Positions 61,764-64,000 of a stretch of 64,000 bases of DNA are shown here, in pieces. A program made the position numbers and the translations under genes. Location: NCBI RefSeq assembly GCF_051105105.1, contig NZ_CP185339.1; one strand, 5' to 3'. The notes below the pieces were generated by a model. It was given only the letters and a program-made list of their open reading frames with translations. It made no database searches and was not told the DNA's origin. Numbering within the stretch: the first letter of the stretch is position 1; each line of letters opens with the position of its first letter. Origin of the DNA: Nannocystis pusilla (GTDB taxonomy: Bacteria > Myxococcota_A > Polyangia > Nannocystales > Nannocystaceae).

Positions 61764-63059
61764 ATGTCGACGATCACCGACGGCCCCGCGAAGACCCCGT
61801 CCCGCGCCCGCGTGCTGCGGGGGCGCATTCTGTGCCCCGATCCGCGGCAGGCGAAGATCGAGCGCATCGCCGACGGGCTGCTGACGATCGGCGAGGACGG
61901 ACGGATCGCCTCGATCGCGCCGGCGCCGGAGGACTGCCCGCTGCCGCAGTCGTACCCGGGGGCGGTGATCTTGCCGGGCTTCGTCGACACTCACGTCCAC
62001 TTCCCGCAGACCCGCGTGATCGGCAGCGCCAGCGGGCCGCTGCTCCGCTGGCTCGAGCGGAGCGTGTTCCCCGAGGAGCAGCGGTTCCACAGCGTGCGCT
62101 ACGCGGCCGCGGTGGCGTGGGAGTTCTGCGAGGCGATGATCCGCCAGGGCACCACGTGCGCGGCGATCTACGCCTCGAGCCACGAGGCCGCCACCGACGT
62201 GCTGTTCCAGGAGCTGAGCCGCTGCGGGCTGCGGGCGCTGGTCGGCATGACGCTGATGGATCGCGGGGCGCCGCCGGGGCTGCTCGTCGCGGCCGACGAG
62301 GCGATCGCGGGCTGCGAGCGGCTCATCGCCCGCTGGCACGGCCACGACGGCCGGCTCGGGTTCTGCGTCACGCCGCGGTTCGCCCTCAGCTGCACGCCGG
62401 AGCTGCTGCGCGCGGCCGGGCGCCTGGCCGAGGCGCACGGCTTACATGTCCAGACGCACCTGTCCGAAAATACCGATGAGCTGGTGCACACCGCGGCGGC
62501 CTTCCCGGCGGCCCGCGATTACCTCGAGGTGTACGAGTCGCACGGGCTCAGCGGGCCGCGCTCGTTGTTCGCGCACTGCGTGCATTTGTCGGACGGCGAG
62601 TGGGATCGACTGGCGGCGGCCGGCGGAGCGGTGGCACATTGCCCCGACAGCAACTTCTTCCTCGGCAGCGGCTGCATGCGCCTGCGGGCGGCCACCGGGC
62701 GGGACATCCGCGTCGGGCTCGGCACCGACGTCGGCGCCGGCCGCAGCTTCTCGCTGCGCCAGGTGGTCGCGAGCGCCTACGACGCGAGCCTCATCGCCGG
62801 GGCGCCCGCGACGGCCGAGGAGCTGTTGTGGCTGGCGACCCGGGGCGGAGCTTGCGCGCTGGGGATGGCGGCCGAGCTCGGTTGTCTGCAGCCCGGCTAC
62901 TGGGCCGATCTGGCGGTGATCGACGCGCCCGAGATCGCGGCCGCCGACGGGCTGTTCGACGCTCTGGCGTTCCGGCGCGACGCGGCGCCCGCCCGCGCGG
63001 TGTTCGTCCGCGGGGCGCTGCTGCGGGGCGCGGTCGCTGCCGGTCCCGAGGTGGTGTAA
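61764..63059 (+). CDS. guaD: guanine deaminase (amidohydrolase superfamily)
   Basis: PGFVDTHVHFPQ metal-binding motif. HLSE and DxGAG motifs. 431 aa. The ATG is at 61764 inside the spurious ORF 61332..63059. Confidence 0.8.
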   Translation: MSTITDGPAKTPSRARVLRGRILCPDPRQAKIERIADGLLTIGEDGRIASIAPAPEDCPLPQSYPGAVILPGFVDTHVHFPQTRVIGSASGPLLRWLERSVFPEEQRFHSVRYAAAVAWEFCEAMIRQGTTCAAIYASSHEAATDVLFQELSRCGLRALVGMTLMDRGAPPGLLVAADEAIAGCERLIARWHGHDGRLGFCVTPRFALSCTPELLRAAGRLAEAHGLHVQTHLSENTDELVHTAAAFPAARDYLEVYESHGLSGPRSLFAHCVHLSDGEWDRLAAAGGAVAHCPDSNFFLGSGCMRLRAATGRDIRVGLGTDVGAGRSFSLRQVVASAYDASLIAGAPATAEELLWLATRGGACALGMAAELGCLQPGYWADLAVIDAPEIAAADGLFDALAFRRDAAPARAVFVRGALLRGAVAAGPEVV

Positions 63060-63068
63060 ACCGAGGCA

Positions 63069-64000
63069 ATGCTCCGCGAGACATATCCCCTGTTCCTCGG
63101 CGGCCGCGCGGTGCAGGCCAACTTCGACCTGCCCGTGCTGGACAAGTTCTCCGGCGAGGAGGCGGCCCGCGTGGCCCAGGCCGACCCGGGCACGCTCGAC
63201 GCGGCGATCGCCGCCGCCGCCGGGACGACGCGGGCGATGGCCGCGCTGCCGCCCTACGCCCGCCAGGCGGCGCTCGAGCACTGCGCGCGCCGGTTCGAGG
63301 CGCGCGCGTCGGAGCTGGCGCGGGTGCTGTGCATCGAGGCGGGCAAGCCGATCCGCGACGCTCGCGGCGAGGTGGGCCGCCTGATCGAGACGTTCAAGGC
63401 CGCGGCGGCCGAGGTGACGCGCCCGGCCGGCGAGGTGCTGGCGATGGCGACCAGCCCGCGCCTGCGAGGTTACCGCGGTCAGTGGAAGCGGGTGCCGATC
63501 GGCGCGTGCTCGCTGATCTCGCCGTTCAACTTCCCGCTCAACCTGGCGGCCCACAAGATCGCGCCGGCGATCGCCGCGGGCTGCCCGTTCGTGCTCAAGC
63601 CGGCCAGCGCGACCCCGATCTCGGCGCTGCTGATCGGCGAGGTGCTGGCCGAGACGGACCTGCCCGAAGGGTCATGGTCGATCGTGCCGTGCCCGCGCGC
63701 CGGCGCCGACGCGCTGGCCAGCGACGACCGCCTCAAGCTGCTCAGCTTCACCGGCTCGCCGGCGGTCGGCTGGGCGATGAAGGCCCGCGCCGGCAAGAAG
63801 AAGGTGGTGCTCGAGCTCGGCGGCAACGCGGCCTGCGTGGTCGACGAGACCGCCGACCTCGAGAAGGTGGTGCCGCGGCTCATCACCGGGGCGTTCTACC
63901 AGTCGGGCCAGAGCTGCATCAGCGTGCAGCGGATCATCGCGCACACGTCGATCTACGCCGAGCTGCGCGAGCGCCTGGTCGCGGCCACCAGCGAGCTGCG
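63069..64000 (+). CDS. aldehyde dehydrogenase family protein (3'-truncated by the window end)
   Basis: ATG 63069. ISPFNFPLNLAAHKIAPAIAAGCPFVLKPAS...LELGGNA...GQSCIS shows ALDH motifs including the catalytic Cys region. No stop before nt 64000. Confidence 0.7.
   Translation, partial: MLRETYPLFLGGRAVQANFDLPVLDKFSGEEAARVAQADPGTLDAAIAAAAGTTRAMAALPPYARQAALEHCARRFEARASELARVLCIEAGKPIRDARGEVGRLIETFKAAAAEVTRPAGEVLAMATSPRLRGYRGQWKRVPIGACSLISPFNFPLNLAAHKIAPAIAAGCPFVLKPASATPISALLIGEVLAETDLPEGSWSIVPCPRAGADALASDDRLKLLSFTGSPAVGWAMKARAGKKKVVLELGGNAACVVDETADLEKVVPRLITGAFYQSGQSCISVQRIIAHTSIYAELRERLVAATSEL

Overview
This is a very GC-rich bacterial chromosomal window with Myxococcota hallmarks: a MYXO-CTERM sorting signal, many Ser/Thr kinases and ECF sigma factors, and G/C-saturated third codon positions. 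The giant ORFs in the six-frame track (for example 4925..8665- and 27745..30252-) are mostly stop-codon-free antisense artefacts, so calls rest on protein-family signatures and gene context. Most of the window is housekeeping genes in conserved clusters: tolQ-tolR-tolA-like-tolB; ppx plus a PHP phosphoesterase; pntA-pntB; moaC; glmS; two tandem M16 peptidases; tRNA-Gln(TTG) upstream of prs-rplY-pth; the H+-pyrophosphatase hppA; rpsF-rpsR-rplI followed by dnaB; a purine nucleoside phosphorylase; and guanine deaminase. Accessory content includes a hipBA toxin-antitoxin pair with an AT-rich palindromic operator island, two HxlR regulator modules, two Ser/Thr kinases, an ECF sigma factor with an upstream proline-repeat outer-membrane-like protein, a SWIM/SNF2 helicase, an FG-GAP lipoprotein, a SUKH (SMI1/KNR4)-type immunity-like gene, and a tight four-gene operon of three unknown lipoproteins plus a cytoplasmic protein placed divergently from tolQ. 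The most unusual feature is a dispersed family of short CATG-centred palindromic repeats (GGRCATGYCC-type units with CGAAG/GGAG flanks) found in at least 15 clusters. Most clusters sit at gene ends, but several lie in-frame inside coding sequences, for instance encoding the acidic tail of a GNAT protein. Four genes carry single-nucleotide frameshifts, three of them in homopolymer runs, which points to indel errors in the assembly or to genuine pseudogenes. A roughly 1 kb ORF-poor region with tandem hairpin repeats lies upstream of guaD. Coordinates of features I placed by hand (repeats, terminators, the frameshift positions) may be off by one or two nucleotides.
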